Shown here in pieces: positions 28,834 through 39,934 of a stretch of 64,000 bases of DNA. A program made the translations under genes and the position numbers. Each line of letters begins with the position of its first letter. Position 1 is the stretch's first letter. The notes under the pieces were generated by a model, which saw only the letters and a program-made list of their open reading frames with translations, had not been told where the DNA came from and ran no database searches. Source of the DNA: an uncultured Pelagibacteraceae bacterium (lineage in GTDB: Bacteria; Pseudomonadota; Alphaproteobacteria; Pelagibacterales; Pelagibacteraceae); contig CACAFC010000001.1 of NCBI GenBank assembly GCA_902531765.1, positions 170,261-234,260 on the forward strand, written 5' to 3'.

Positions 28834-29417
28834 TTAATAAATCTGCTTCCTGGTGTTGAAATGGGTATTGAATCTAATTCTTTTGGTATTTTGTTTGATT
28901 TATAAGTTGGTACTTCAATTTTAAGATGTGAAATTATTCTTTTTTTTATTTTCAATGTTTTCTTTGATGATCTGTCTATAATTGTGGCAAAACCCACTAA
29001 TATTGCTTTAGATTTTTTTATTAGTTTTACACATTCCATACTAGATTTTCCTGTTGTTATTACATCTTCAATAATAATGACCTTAGACCCTTTTTTAATT
29101 TTAAAACCTCTTCTTAATGTAAATTTCCCTTTAACTCTTTCACAAAAAATCGTTTCTTTTTTCAAAATTCGACCAATTTCATAACCTATCACAATACCAC
29201 CAATGGCCGGTGCCAAAATTAAATCAAATTTTCTAAAATTTTTTTTGATTTTTAAAGCCAATGATTTACATATTTTTTCTGCTTTTGATGGATAACTTAA
29301 AAGTTTAGCACACTGGATATACTTTGAAGAATGTAATCCAGAAGATAAAATGAAGTGTCCTTCTAATAAAGCATTAGTCTTTCTTAAAATATCTAAGGAT
29401 TTTTTGTGTGAAAGCAT
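28830..29417 (-). CDS. pyrE: Orotate phosphoribosyltransferase
   Basis: GHFILSSGLHS, PRPP motif IIEDVITTGKS. Confidence 0.95.
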   Translation of the reverse strand: MLSHKKSLDILRKTNALLEGHFILSSGLHSSKYIQCAKLLSYPSKAEKICKSLALKIKKNFRKFDLILAPAIGGIVIGYEIGRILKKETIFCERVKGKFTLRRGFKIKKGSKVIIIEDVITTGKSSMECVKLIKKSKAILVGFATIIDRSSKKTLKIKKRIISHLKIEVPTYKSNKIPKELDSIPISTPGSRFIK

Positions 29418-31119
29418 TTCTTTTATCTTCGTGTCTAATTATCTTAAATTTTATACCCTTTTGTTTAAGCTCTGCAATAAAATTAGTAAAATTTTTCAAA
29501 TCTCTTATTATCAGCTGAAATTTAAAATTGATATAGTCAGGTTTTTTTCCAGCCATTACTAAATTTGAAATATTTAATTTATGTTCACCTATTAATGAAC
29601 TTACATTTCCTAATTGACCTGGTTTATCAGGTAATGAAATCCATAAAGTGGTATTGTATTTTTTTATTCTTTCCTGCTTCTCCTCACCCCTATCATGCCA
29701 ATATCTTCTTATAGCAGCTCTGGCTTTTCCAGTTTTTGTTGTTGGAATCCAGTGTAAGGATGGTGACTGTTTTTTTGATGTGATAATTTTTATTCTATCA
29801 CCATTTCTTAAGATTGATTGGAGTTCACTTTTATTTCCATTAATTTCACATCCAACAGCTGTATCACCTATTTTTGTATGTACAGCGTAAGCAAAATCAA
29901 TCGCTGTTGCATCCCTTGGTAATTTAATTACAGAACCTTTAGGTGTAAAACAAAATACATTCTCCTGGAACATTTGAAGTTTAGTATATTCATAAGAGTG
30001 TTCGGGATTCTCATTTTTTTCTATAATTTCAACTAAGTCTTTCAACCAATCATACTCTTTCCAAGTAAGTGAATTGAATTTTTCTGATGATTTATATTGC
30101 CAATGAGACGCTATACCTCGTTCTGCGAAATCGTGCATCTCTTTGGTTCTTATTTGAATTTCTATTGGTTTTCTATTAGATCCTATAACTGCAGTATGAA
30201 TTGATTTATAACCATTTATTTTTGCAGAGGATATATAATCTTTAAATTTTCCAGGTATACAATTGTATTCTTTGTGAATTATACCCAAAGTTTTATAACA
30301 GTCGTCAACATTATCCAAAATAATTCTAAAACCAATAATATCTGTGATTTGTTCTAAAGAAACTCTTTTTTTTTGAACTTTTCTCCAGATTGAAAAAGGT
30401 GTTTTTTCTCTTCCATATATTTTAGAAGAAATTTTATTTTGATTTAATAATTTACTAATTTCAGATGATAAAGACTCAAAAATATCTTTTTTATCCAATT
30501 TTATTTCATCTAGTCTTTTTTGAATTAATAATCTTGCTTCATTATTCAAAATTTCAAAGGATAGATCTTCTAGCTCATCTCTTATTCTATGCATTCCCAT
30601 CCTGTCCGCTAATGGGGCATAAATTTCCATAGTTTCTTGAGAAATTCTTTTTCTTTTTTCCTCTTTTGAAATTGCTTTAATAGTTCTCATGTTATGTAAA
30701 CGATCGGCTATTTTGACTAATAAAACTCTTATATCTTTTGAGGTTGCTAAAATTAATTTTCTGAAATTTTCTGCTTTGGAATTAGATGATGCATTATTTT
30801 CGAGAGCAGATATTTTGGTAACTCCATCAACTAAATCTGCAACTTCATCTCCAAACTCACCTTTGATAGTTTCATAAGTTGCATATGTATCTTCTATTGT
30901 GTCATGTAATAAACCTGTAGTTATGGTTGCACTATCTAATTTTAAATCAGTTAATATGTTTGCTACTTCAATTGGATGGACTGAGTACGGATCACCTGAG
31001 GCTCTTTTTTGATTGCTATGCGCCTTTACCGCAAAGTCATAAGCCTTATTTAACCTATCTGGATTTAAAAACTTATTATATCCTTTTACTTTATTTATTA
31101 AATCATCTGAATTAAGCAT
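29374..31119 (-). CDS. spoT: (p)ppGpp synthetase/hydrolase (long RSH: HD, SYNTH, TGS, ACT)
   Basis: HSNQKRASGDPY..HP, LLHDTIEDT, KIADRLHNMRT, GREKTPFSIWRK, NGYKSIHT, FTPKG, DFAYAVHT. Confidence 0.95.
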   Translation of the reverse strand: MLNSDDLINKVKGYNKFLNPDRLNKAYDFAVKAHSNQKRASGDPYSVHPIEVANILTDLKLDSATITTGLLHDTIEDTYATYETIKGEFGDEVADLVDGVTKISALENNASSNSKAENFRKLILATSKDIRVLLVKIADRLHNMRTIKAISKEEKRKRISQETMEIYAPLADRMGMHRIRDELEDLSFEILNNEARLLIQKRLDEIKLDKKDIFESLSSEISKLLNQNKISSKIYGREKTPFSIWRKVQKKRVSLEQITDIIGFRIILDNVDDCYKTLGIIHKEYNCIPGKFKDYISSAKINGYKSIHTAVIGSNRKPIEIQIRTKEMHDFAERGIASHWQYKSSEKFNSLTWKEYDWLKDLVEIIEKNENPEHSYEYTKLQMFQENVFCFTPKGSVIKLPRDATAIDFAYAVHTKIGDTAVGCEINGNKSELQSILRNGDRIKIITSKKQSPSLHWIPTTKTGKARAAIRRYWHDRGEEKQERIKKYNTTLWISLPDKPGQLGNVSSLIGEHKLNISNLVMAGKKPDYINFKFQLIIRDLKNFTNFIAELKQKGIKFKIIRHEDKRNAFTQKILRYFKKD

Positions 31120-31140
31120 ACTTATTATTATATCATTAAT

Positions 31141-31653
31141 TCAGATTTGTTTAATAGATCTTATGTCTCTATTTGGTAATGATATTATGAGTTTTTTAAT
31201 GTGATCTTTGGAAATTGGGTGTTTCCAATTTTTATTTAATTCAAATAATGGAAAAAGAACAAAATTTCTATTGTGCATTCTTGGATGAGGTAAATTGATT
31301 TTTTGACTAATTTTTTTACTTTTATAATCAATTATGTCTATATCACATTCTCGAGGGGCATTTTTATACCTTTTTTTACGACCAAGACTGATTTCAATGT
31401 CTTTGGATACTTTAAGTAATTCTAAAGGTTTTAAATCAGAAATAACTTCTAAGACTATGTTTAAATATTTAGGTTTGCTTTCATCTGGCCATGATAGACT
31501 CTCATAAAAATTTGATGATTTGACAAGCCTGATATTTCTCAACGATAATTCATACTTTGCTTTTTCAATTTTGTATCGTCTGTTTCCTAAATTTGAGCCT
31601 ATACCTAAGTAGATACGATTAGCTTGATTTTCTAAAATATCTTGATTTATCAC
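31141..31653 (-). CDS. folK: 2-amino-4-hydroxy-6-hydroxymethyldihydropteridine diphosphokinase
   Basis: [37 protein letters not shown]. Start uncertain (GTG at 31653 chosen; the track extends it to 31692). Confidence 0.9.
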   Translation of the reverse strand: MINQDILENQANRIYLGIGSNLGNRRYKIEKAKYELSLRNIRLVKSSNFYESLSWPDESKPKYLNIVLEVISDLKPLELLKVSKDIEISLGRKKRYKNAPRECDIDIIDYKSKKISQKINLPHPRMHNRNFVLFPLFELNKNWKHPISKDHIKKLIISLPNRDIRSIKQI

Positions 31654-32089
31654 GATTCCAATCCCTATCCTTTTTACTTGCTCTTTTGTCATGAAGTTTT
31701 TTTCCTTTTGCTACCGCAAGTTCAATTTTTGCTTTTCCTTTTTTAAAATACATTTTAGTGGGAACAATTGTAAGACCGTCTCTTTGCATTTTTCCTATTA
31801 ATTTATTTATTTCCCGTTTATTTAAAAGTAACTTTCTTTCATCTGTAGGATTATGATTAGAATAACTGGCTTGTTTATAAGATGCTATATGAGAATTAAT
31901 TAAAATTAGCTCACCATCTTTTTCAACAGCATATGAATCTGCAATATTAACTTTTCCTTCTCTAATTGATTTAATCTCAGAGCCTTTAAGGACAATCCCA
32001 GCTTCTAATAAATCTTCAAAAAAATAATTAAAACTAGCCTTTCTATTCAAACATATTATTTTTAAACCAGAATTGGTTTTTTTGTTCAT
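31619..32089 (-). CDS. smpB: SsrA-binding protein
   Basis: [37 protein letters not shown]. Confidence 0.97.
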   Translation of the reverse strand: MNKKTNSGLKIICLNRKASFNYFFEDLLEAGIVLKGSEIKSIREGKVNIADSYAVEKDGELILINSHIASYKQASYSNHNPTDERKLLLNKREINKLIGKMQRDGLTIVPTKMYFKKGKAKIELAVAKGKKLHDKRASKKDRDWNRDKSRYFRKSS

Positions 32090-32970
32090 TAAATTAATTT
32101 AGCTGTATGAAGAGCCTTTTTAACAATTTCTTTAGTAGCATCTGTTACTTTTACTAATGGTAATCTTACATCGTCATCACATAAATCTAATAATTTTGCA
32201 GCATACTTAACTGGGCTTGGATTACTTTCAACAAACATAGCATGATGGACAGGCTGCAATATTTCATTTAATCTCTCAGCCTCTTTAATTTCATTATCAT
32301 TGTTAGACTTTGAAAATCTTTGGAAATCAGAACAAAGTTTTGGAGCAATGTTAGCTGTTACACTTATAGCACCTACTCCACCTTTTTTATTAAACTCTAG
32401 CGCGTTATCATCATTGCCTGTTAATTGTATAAACTCTTTGCCTAATTTTTTTAATGTTTTATCTACTCTAGTTAAATCCCCTGTTGCATCCTTGACACCA
32501 ATAATATTTTTTAATTCAAATAATCTTGCCATTGTCTCAACTGACATGTCGATTACTGATCTTCCAGGAATGTTGTAAATGATAATTGGAATTCCACATT
32601 TATCATTTATAGCTTTATAATGTTGATAAAGTCCCTCTTGGGTAGGTTTGTTATAATATGGTGTGACGATTAAAGCTCCATCTGCTCCCATTTTTTCAGC
32701 ATGAGTTGTCAGTGAAATTGCTTCCTCAGTAGAGTTTGAACCTGTGCCAGCAAATACAGGCAATTTTCCATTACTTTCCTTGACACATAAATCAATTACT
32801 CTTTCATGCTCATCATGGCTTAAAGTTGGGGACTCACCAGTTGTTCCAGCGGGTACCAAACCATTTGTCCCATTTTCAATATGAAAATGGATTAACTTAA
32901 TGTAAGTTTCATCATCAAGTTTATCATTTTTAAACGGAGTGACTAAAGCAACATTTGATCCTGTGAACAT
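32089..32970 (-). CDS. dapA: 4-hydroxy-tetrahydrodipicolinate synthase
   Basis: [42 protein letters not shown]. Confidence 0.97.
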   Translation of the reverse strand: MFTGSNVALVTPFKNDKLDDETYIKLIHFHIENGTNGLVPAGTTGESPTLSHDEHERVIDLCVKESNGKLPVFAGTGSNSTEEAISLTTHAEKMGADGALIVTPYYNKPTQEGLYQHYKAINDKCGIPIIIYNIPGRSVIDMSVETMARLFELKNIIGVKDATGDLTRVDKTLKKLGKEFIQLTGNDDNALEFNKKGGVGAISVTANIAPKLCSDFQRFSKSNNDNEIKEAERLNEILQPVHHAMFVESNPSPVKYAAKLLDLCDDDVRLPLVKVTDATKEIVKKALHTAKLI

Positions 32971-33013
32971 AAATACTTATAACATAGTTTGTAGATTCAT
33001 ATACTAAAAGATT

Positions 33014-35233
33014 ATGCTAAAAAAATTAATATTTTTTATCAATTTATTTTTCTTCTCTAGTATTACCATTTTATCATTTGCGGAAATAATACCCCTAAAA
33101 AAACCAATCCAGACTAAAGAGCAAAAAGATCAAAAATTATTAATTGATGTAATGAAACCTCTGCCAAAACCAATTCCTAAAAAAATAGTAGAGGAAATTG
33201 AAAAAAACCCTGAAAAGGAAATTAAATTAAAAGCTGAAAAAGATTTAGGTATTATTTTACCTAAAAAGAAACCTTTAATCGCTGGAGCAAAAAAAACCGA
33301 TACAGCAAAGAAATCCAAATATTATAATAAAAAAGATTTTGAAATTGCGAAAAAGGCTATTTCAGAAATGAAACAAGCAAAATGGCCTACAGCATTGAAA
33401 ACTGCAAAAAGAGCTAAAGATAAATCAATTTATAATTTCATACAATGGAGACACCTGCTCACCAAAGGAAATAAGGCCTCGTATTATGATTACAAAACTT
33501 TTATTGACTCTAATGGAGATTATCCAAGATTAGGAAGAATAAAATATTTAGCAGAACATAAGCTTTCTACAGACACTATCTCACCTAAAAAAATTATTGA
33601 TTGGTTTGGTGCCGATGAACCTTTAAGTGGTTTTGGGAAAATGATACTTGGAGAAAGTATAATTCTCAACGGCAACATACAAAAAGGTATATCTTATATT
33701 AAAGAAGGCTGGATTACAGCAGAACTGAGTAAATCTGAATTAAGATTTTATAGAAAAAAATTTAAAAAGTATCTCAATGCTGAAGATTATATTAAAAGAG
33801 CGGATTACTTAGCTTGGAATAATAAATACTGGGATTTAAAAAGATTATTAAGATATTTACCTAAAGATTACGAATTACTTTATACGGCTAGACAATTGTT
33901 AATGAGTAAATCTTATGGAGTAGATGATGCTATTTCTAAAGTTCCAACAAAATTTAAAAATGATGCAGGTTTAAATTACGATAGATTAAAATGGAGAAGA
34001 AAAAGAGGAAGAGTTGATAGCTCTGTCGAAATCTTAGTAAAAATAAAAAATACTAAAGATTATTTGGTAAGACCAGATAAGTGGTGGTTTGAAAGAGAAA
34101 TTATTTCAAGATCATTAATTTATAAAAAGAAATATGAATTAGCATATAAAATTGCGAGTAATCACGCTTTGACTGATGGACCTGAATATGCTGCTGCAGA
34201 ATGGATGAGTGGATGGATAGCATTAAGTTTTTTAGATGATCCTTTGTTAGCAAAAGATCATTTTGAAAATTTTTACAACAATGTTGGTTATCCAATAAGT
34301 ACATCTAGAGGAGCATATTGGTTAGCCAAAACTTATCAGAAACTTGGTAAAAAAGAATTAGCAAATGAATGGTTTAGTAAAGCATCTAATTTTCTAACTA
34401 CATATTATGGTCAATTAGCATTTATAGAGTTAAACCCCAATCAACCTTTTGAATTATCTAAAGATATTGAAGTTTCAAAAGAATATAGAGACTACTTCTT
34501 CAAAAAAGAATTAGTTAAAACGATTTATCTTCTTGATGAGCTAAATGAGGATAAATACTCAAAACATATATTAAGACATTTGGCTAATGACAACATAAAT
34601 AATGGTAGTGAAGTTTTGGCAGCAGAGTTAGCAACAAGTATTGATAGATTTGATTTTGCTATTCAAATAGCCAAAATTGCATCATATGAAAAAAGATTCC
34701 ATAACAAATATAATTATCCAATTATAAGTACACCAAATTATATAAATGGAAGAAAAATTCCTGATACTGCATTTATATTATCAATAATAAGACAAGAAAG
34801 TGAATTTGATTTAAGTGCTAATAGTCATGCAGGAGCAAAAGGATTAATGCAGCTCATGCCCTACACTGCAAAAGTAGTTGCTAAGCAAGCTAAACTTCCT
34901 TATTCAAAATCTAGATTAACGAGAGATGCAGAATATAATATCAATTTAGGTTCTCACTATATAGCTGGTCTAATTCTGGAATATGACGGTGCTTATCCGT
35001 TTGCGATAGCGGCTTATAATGCTGGACCTAAAAGAGTTAGATATTGGAAAAAAATAAATAAAAATCCGCAAAAGAACCAAATTGATTATGTAAATTGGAT
35101 TGAATTAATAAAATTTAAAGAGACAAGAAATTATGTGCAAAGAGTGCTAGAAAACTATAATGTCTATCGTTATATTTTAGCTCAAAAGCCAGTTTCAATG
35201 ATAAACTTCTTTAAGGATGATCCTTTATACTGA
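33014..35233 (+). CDS. slt: Soluble lytic murein transglycosylase (Slt70-like)
   Basis: Signal peptide, helical U-domain, catalytic IRQESEF, GAKGLMQLMP, AAYNAGP, ETRNYVQRV. Confidence 0.9.
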   Translation: MLKKLIFFINLFFFSSITILSFAEIIPLKKPIQTKEQKDQKLLIDVMKPLPKPIPKKIVEEIEKNPEKEIKLKAEKDLGIILPKKKPLIAGAKKTDTAKKSKYYNKKDFEIAKKAISEMKQAKWPTALKTAKRAKDKSIYNFIQWRHLLTKGNKASYYDYKTFIDSNGDYPRLGRIKYLAEHKLSTDTISPKKIIDWFGADEPLSGFGKMILGESIILNGNIQKGISYIKEGWITAELSKSELRFYRKKFKKYLNAEDYIKRADYLAWNNKYWDLKRLLRYLPKDYELLYTARQLLMSKSYGVDDAISKVPTKFKNDAGLNYDRLKWRRKRGRVDSSVEILVKIKNTKDYLVRPDKWWFEREIISRSLIYKKKYELAYKIASNHALTDGPEYAAAEWMSGWIALSFLDDPLLAKDHFENFYNNVGYPISTSRGAYWLAKTYQKLGKKELANEWFSKASNFLTTYYGQLAFIELNPNQPFELSKDIEVSKEYRDYFFKKELVKTIYLLDELNEDKYSKHILRHLANDNINNGSEVLAAELATSIDRFDFAIQIAKIASYEKRFHNKYNYPIISTPNYINGRKIPDTAFILSIIRQESEFDLSANSHAGAKGLMQLMPYTAKVVAKQAKLPYSKSRLTRDAEYNINLGSHYIAGLILEYDGAYPFAIAAYNAGPKRVRYWKKINKNPQKNQIDYVNWIELIKFKETRNYVQRVLENYNVYRYILAQKPVSMINFFKDDPLY

Positions 35234-35236
35234 TAA

Positions 35237-35328
35237 TGGCGGAAGAGGAGGGATTCGAACCCTCGGTACAAGTTTCCTCGCACGGTCATTTAGCAAACGA
35301 CTGGTTTCAGCCTCTCACCCACTCTTCC
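35237..35328 (-). tRNA. tRNA-Ser (GCT)
   Basis: The reverse complement reads GGAAGAGTGGGTGAGAGGCTGAAACCAGTCGTTTGCTAAATGACCG...GGTTCGAATCCCTCCTCTTCCGCCA: 7-bp acceptor stem, anticodon loop TT-GCT-AA, long variable arm, TTCGAAT T-loop, encoded CCA. Confidence 0.97.
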
Positions 35329-35351
35329 AATAAATTTGTCACTTCTGATTG

Positions 35352-35389
35352 TATTGAATAATCAATATTTATAAAGTAATTATTCAATA
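35352..35389. promoter_or_regulatory. Candidate operator upstream of soxB (11-bp inverted repeat)
   Basis: TATTGAATAAT (35352-35362) and ATTATTCAATA (35379-35389) are exact reverse complements, 16 bp apart. The background is AT-rich, so chance is possible. Confidence 0.35.
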
Positions 35390-35392
35390 ATT

Positions 35393-36646
35393 ATGAAAAA
35401 TAAGTATTCAATATTTTCACTTATTAAAAACGCTTTTTCATATCATGAAAATTGGGAGAAAGCTTGGAAAGATCCTGAACCAAAAAAAGAATATGATGCT
35501 GTAATAGTCGGTGGTGGAGGACATGGTCTTGCAACTGCCTATTATCTAGCAAAAAAACACAATATGAAGAATATTGCTGTTGTTGAAAAAGGTTGGATAG
35601 GAGGAGGAAATACAGGTCGAAATACTACAATAATTAGATCTAATTATTTGTGGGATGCAAGCGCAGGTCTATATGATCATGCTCTTAAAATTTGGGAAGG
35701 TTTATCTCAAGAACTAAATTATAATGTTATGTTTAGTCAAAGAGGGGTTATGAATCTTGCACATAATTTGCAAGATGTTAGAGATTTAAAAAGAAGAACT
35801 CACGCGAATAGATTAAACGGTATTGATGCAGTTTATTTAAATACCGAGGAAGTTAAAAAATTTTGTCCAATTATAAATACTTCACAGGATATTCGTTATC
35901 CAGTTTTAGGTGGAACTCTTCAAAAAAGAGCTGGTACAGCTAGGCATGATGCTGTTGCGTGGGGATATGCAAGAGGTGCTGATGAAATGGGTGTGGATAT
36001 AATTCAAAATTGTGAGGTAAAAGGAATTAAAAGAAATGGTGATACGGTTGAAGGAATTGAAACAACTAAAGGATTTATTAAAACAAAAAAAATTGGAGTT
36101 GTAGCTGCTGGTCATTCTAGTGTTATAGCTAATATGGCTGGATTGAAATTACCTTTAGAGAGTAAACCACTTCAAGCTTTAGTGTCTGAACCAGTAAAAC
36201 CGATAATAGATACAGTTGTAATGTCTAACGCTGTTCATGCATATGTTAGCCAATCTGATAAGGGAGAATTGGTTATAGGAGCAGGAACTGATGACTATGT
36301 ATCTTACTCTCAAAAAGGAAGTCATGATATTGTGGAAGGAACTTTAAATGCAATTTTAGAACTATATCCAATATTTAGTAGAATGAGAATGCTTCGTCAG
36401 TGGGGTGGAATAGTTGATATATGTCCTGATGCGAGTCCAATCATAAGTAAAACGTCAATTAAGGGTTTGTACTTTAATTGTGGTTGGGGAACAGGAGGTT
36501 TTAAAGCTACGCCTGGTTCAGGGGATTTATTTGCTCACACAATTGCAAATGACGAACCTCATAAATTAAACGCTGCCTTTAATATAAATAGATTTGTAAG
36601 TGGTGATCTAGTTGATGAACATGGTGCAGCCGCTGTTGCACACTAA
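35393..36646 (+). CDS. soxB: Sarcosine oxidase subunit beta
   Basis: [66 protein letters not shown]. Confidence 0.96.
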   Translation: MKNKYSIFSLIKNAFSYHENWEKAWKDPEPKKEYDAVIVGGGGHGLATAYYLAKKHNMKNIAVVEKGWIGGGNTGRNTTIIRSNYLWDASAGLYDHALKIWEGLSQELNYNVMFSQRGVMNLAHNLQDVRDLKRRTHANRLNGIDAVYLNTEEVKKFCPIINTSQDIRYPVLGGTLQKRAGTARHDAVAWGYARGADEMGVDIIQNCEVKGIKRNGDTVEGIETTKGFIKTKKIGVVAAGHSSVIANMAGLKLPLESKPLQALVSEPVKPIIDTVVMSNAVHAYVSQSDKGELVIGAGTDDYVSYSQKGSHDIVEGTLNAILELYPIFSRMRMLRQWGGIVDICPDASPIISKTSIKGLYFNCGWGTGGFKATPGSGDLFAHTIANDEPHKLNAAFNINRFVSGDLVDEHGAAAVAH

Positions 36647-36921
36647 TGTTTTTAATTAATTGTCCTTTTTGTGGTGAGAGAGAACAAAGCGAATTTAAAG
36701 CTGGTGGTGAAGCTCACATAGTAAGACCAAAACAACCCACTGAACTAAGCGATGATGAATGGGCAGAATATTTGTTCATGAGAAAAAATATTAAAGGAGT
36801 TCAGTTTGAAAGATGGAATCATGTTCATGGTTGTAGAAAATGGTTCAATATGGTTAGAGATACTTCAAACGACCAAATAAAAGCTGTATACAAAATGGGT
36901 GAAAAACCACCAGTAGAGTAA
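36646..36921 (+). CDS. soxD: Sarcosine oxidase subunit delta
   Basis: CPFCGER..EF..GGEAH..RP, W.H.HGCRKWF...RDT. Confidence 0.95.
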   Translation: MFLINCPFCGEREQSEFKAGGEAHIVRPKQPTELSDDEWAEYLFMRKNIKGVQFERWNHVHGCRKWFNMVRDTSNDQIKAVYKMGEKPPVE

Positions 36922-36922
36922 A

Positions 36923-39900
36923 ATGACTAATAATTTAAGATTTAAAACAAGCAGATTTATTGATGAAACTTATCGAATTTCTTTTAAGTTTAATAACAAA
37001 ACTTATTTTGGTTTTAAAGGTGATACTCTCGCATCAGCTTTATTAGCAAATGGTATTCATCTTGTAGGAAGGAGTTTCAAATATCATAGGCCTCGTGGAA
37101 TAATGACATCTGGTTCTGAAGAACCTAATGCAATTATTCAATTAAACGATAATTCTTCAAGAACTGAACCCAATGTGAGAGCTACAGAGGTTGAAATTTA
37201 TGAAGGTTTGGTTGCTTCAAGCCAAAATTGTTGGCCTAGCGTTAATTTTGATGTTGGTGGAATTAATAATCTACTATCCCCTATTTTGCCTGCAGGTTTT
37301 TATTATAAAACTTTTATGTGGCCTGCAAGTTTCTGGGAGAAGTATGAATACTTTATTAGAAAATCTGCAGGTTTAGGTAAATCACCTAAAGTAGCTGATC
37401 CAGATATATATGAACATCATTACATGCATTGTGATGTTTTAGTAATTGGTGGAGGTATCTCAGGAATTATGGCTGCCAAAATGGCAGCTAAAAATGGTTT
37501 TAAAACTCTTTTAGTTGAGGAAAAATCTTATTTGGGTGGATCATCTATTTATGATAACTCAGAATTTTCAAAGATTAATAATCAAATAACAAGTTCATGG
37601 TTAGAAAAAGAAATCAACGAAATATCTAAATTAGAAAATTTAGAAATAAAAACAAGAACTAGTGTTGCAGCATATCATGGATACAACTTTTTATTAGCTC
37701 GTGAAAATCTCACTGATCATTTACCAATCAGTCAAAGAGAAAATAAAGTAAGACAAAGATTATTAAAGATTAGAGCAAAAAAAGTAATCACAGCTACTGG
37801 TTCAATCGAAAGACCTTTAATATTCGACAATAATGATCGCCCAGGGATAATGTTATCCTCAGCAATTAAGAAGTATATTGATTTATATGGTGTAGCTTGT
37901 GGTGAAAATAATATTCTTTTTACCAATAACGATACGGCTTATGAAACAGCCATGAGTTTAATTCAAAGAGGAATTAAGATAAATGCAATAATTGATAATA
38001 GAGAACAAATTGACTCTAAAATTTCATACGAAGTTGAGAAAAATAATATTAAAATTTATAAAGGCTACTCTGTTGTTGATACTTACGGCTATAGAAGAAT
38101 TAATAAAATATCCATCATGAAACTTTCAAAAGATGGTCAAACAGTTATTGGTGACAAAACAAAGTTGAATTGTGATTGTTTAGGTTTATCCGGTGGTTGG
38201 ACCCCAGCAGTACACTTGTTTACACAATCAGGAGGTAAATTAAAATTTAGAGAAGAAGACCAAGTATTTATACCTAATGTTTATCCTTCAGATCAAATAA
38301 GTATTGGATCTTGTAATGGAGACTTTAGTTTAGATGAAATAATAAAGAATACCTTATCCTCTATTAAAAAGTTTCTTGATATTGATAATTCTGAATACAA
38401 AACTATTGAAACTATATCAGGTTTAAATCAATCAAAGAGAAATATTTGGTTATTACCATCTGACAAATCCATAGGGAAAACTAAGTCTTTTGTTGATTAT
38501 CAAAACGATGCAACTGCAAAAGATATTAAATTAGCTCTAAGAGAAGGGTTTAGATCTATAGAACATGTAAAAAGATACACTACTACTGGTATGGGAACTG
38601 ATCAGGGTAAACTTGGTAATATGCATGCTCTTGGAATTATCTCAGAAACAGCGGGAACTAAAATGGGTGAACATGGAACTACAACTTTTAGACCTCCTTA
38701 TACACCTCTTACTTTTGGAACTATTGTTGGAAGAAATGTAGGAGAATTTTTTGATATATTTAGACGTACTCCGATACATGATTGGCATGTTGCCAACAAC
38801 GCTGAGTTTGAAAACGTTGGTCAATGGAAAAGAGCTTGGTACTATCCAAAGGATAATGAAAATATGCATCAAGCAGTACAAAGAGAAAGTAAAGCCGCTA
38901 GAGACTCAGCAGGTATTCTGGATGCATCTACATTAGGAAAAATTGATATTCAGGGTACAGATGCCTCAGAATTTTTAAATCGTGTTTATACTAATGCTTG
39001 GTCAAAACTAGCAGTGGGTAAATGTCGTTATGGTTTAATGTTAAATGAAGATGGAATGGTTTATGACGATGGCGTTACAACTAGACTAGGTGAAAATCAT
39101 TACATTATGACCACTACTACTGGCGGTGCGGCTAATGTATTAGGGAAACTTGAGGACTACCTTCAGACAGAATGGCCTGAATTAGATGTCTATTTATCAT
39201 CTGTAACCGATCATTATGCTACAATAAGTGTATGTGGACCTAATAGTAAAAAAATTGTTTCAAAAGTTATTCCTGATTTAGATCTTTCTGATGAAAAGTT
39301 TCCACATATGTCATTTAAAAATGCGAAAATAAATAACATTAAATGTAGAGTAATGAGAATTAGTTTTACTGGAGAACATAGTTATGAAATTAATATTCAA
39401 GCAAATTTTGGTAAATCTGTTTGGGAAAAATGTATGGAAGCGGGTAAAGATTTTAATATAACGCCCTATGGAACAGAAACGATGCACTTATTAAGAGCAG
39501 AAAAAGGTTTTATAATAGTTGGTCAAGATACTGATGCAACGCTGACACCAATTGATTTACAGATGGATTGGATAGTAAGTAAAAAGAAATATGATTTTAT
39601 TGGAAAAAGATCATTATATAGATCTGATACTATTAGAGAAGATAGAAAACAATTGGTTGGTTTATTGACAGAAAATCCTGAGGAAGTTTTGGAGGAAGGC
39701 GCACAGATAGTTGCTGATATAAAAAAATCACCAATTGAAATGCTGGGTCATGTTACTTCAAGTTACTATAGCCCCAATTTAAAAAAATCGATCGCATTAG
39801 GTGTTGTTAAAGGTGGAAAAAATATGTTGGGACAAAAATTAATTATACCAATGGAAAATAAAAACATTAATGTGACTGTAGCTGATCCAGTTTTTTTAGA

Positions 39901-39934
39901 TAAAGAAGGTGAAAGATTAAATGCTAAATTATAA
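36923..39934 (+). CDS. soxA: Sarcosine oxidase subunit alpha
   Basis: GDTLASALLANG, RSFKYHRPRG, HVKRYTT.GMG.DQGK, GcvT-like domain (DASTLGKI, ISFTGE.SYE, R.EKGF). Confidence 0.96.
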   Translation: MTNNLRFKTSRFIDETYRISFKFNNKTYFGFKGDTLASALLANGIHLVGRSFKYHRPRGIMTSGSEEPNAIIQLNDNSSRTEPNVRATEVEIYEGLVASSQNCWPSVNFDVGGINNLLSPILPAGFYYKTFMWPASFWEKYEYFIRKSAGLGKSPKVADPDIYEHHYMHCDVLVIGGGISGIMAAKMAAKNGFKTLLVEEKSYLGGSSIYDNSEFSKINNQITSSWLEKEINEISKLENLEIKTRTSVAAYHGYNFLLARENLTDHLPISQRENKVRQRLLKIRAKKVITATGSIERPLIFDNNDRPGIMLSSAIKKYIDLYGVACGENNILFTNNDTAYETAMSLIQRGIKINAIIDNREQIDSKISYEVEKNNIKIYKGYSVVDTYGYRRINKISIMKLSKDGQTVIGDKTKLNCDCLGLSGGWTPAVHLFTQSGGKLKFREEDQVFIPNVYPSDQISIGSCNGDFSLDEIIKNTLSSIKKFLDIDNSEYKTIETISGLNQSKRNIWLLPSDKSIGKTKSFVDYQNDATAKDIKLALREGFRSIEHVKRYTTTGMGTDQGKLGNMHALGIISETAGTKMGEHGTTTFRPPYTPLTFGTIVGRNVGEFFDIFRRTPIHDWHVANNAEFENVGQWKRAWYYPKDNENMHQAVQRESKAARDSAGILDASTLGKIDIQGTDASEFLNRVYTNAWSKLAVGKCRYGLMLNEDGMVYDDGVTTRLGENHYIMTTTTGGAANVLGKLEDYLQTEWPELDVYLSSVTDHYATISVCGPNSKKIVSKVIPDLDLSDEKFPHMSFKNAKINNIKCRVMRISFTGEHSYEINIQANFGKSVWEKCMEAGKDFNITPYGTETMHLLRAEKGFIIVGQDTDATLTPIDLQMDWIVSKKKYDFIGKRSLYRSDTIREDRKQLVGLLTENPEEVLEEGAQIVADIKKSPIEMLGHVTSSYYSPNLKKSIALGVVKGGKNMLGQKLIIPMENKNINVTVADPVFLDKEGERLNAKL

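Noticed and set aside
29374-29417. 44-bp spoT/pyrE overlap as a frameshift or assembly error
   Set aside because: Both proteins are complete (ACT domain and OPRT N-terminus intact), and overlaps of this size occur elsewhere in the window (smpB/folK, MATE/nuclease).
35237-35328. tRNA-Ser as an occupied integration site
   Set aside because: No duplicated tRNA 3' end and no integrase next to it; both flanks are core genes.
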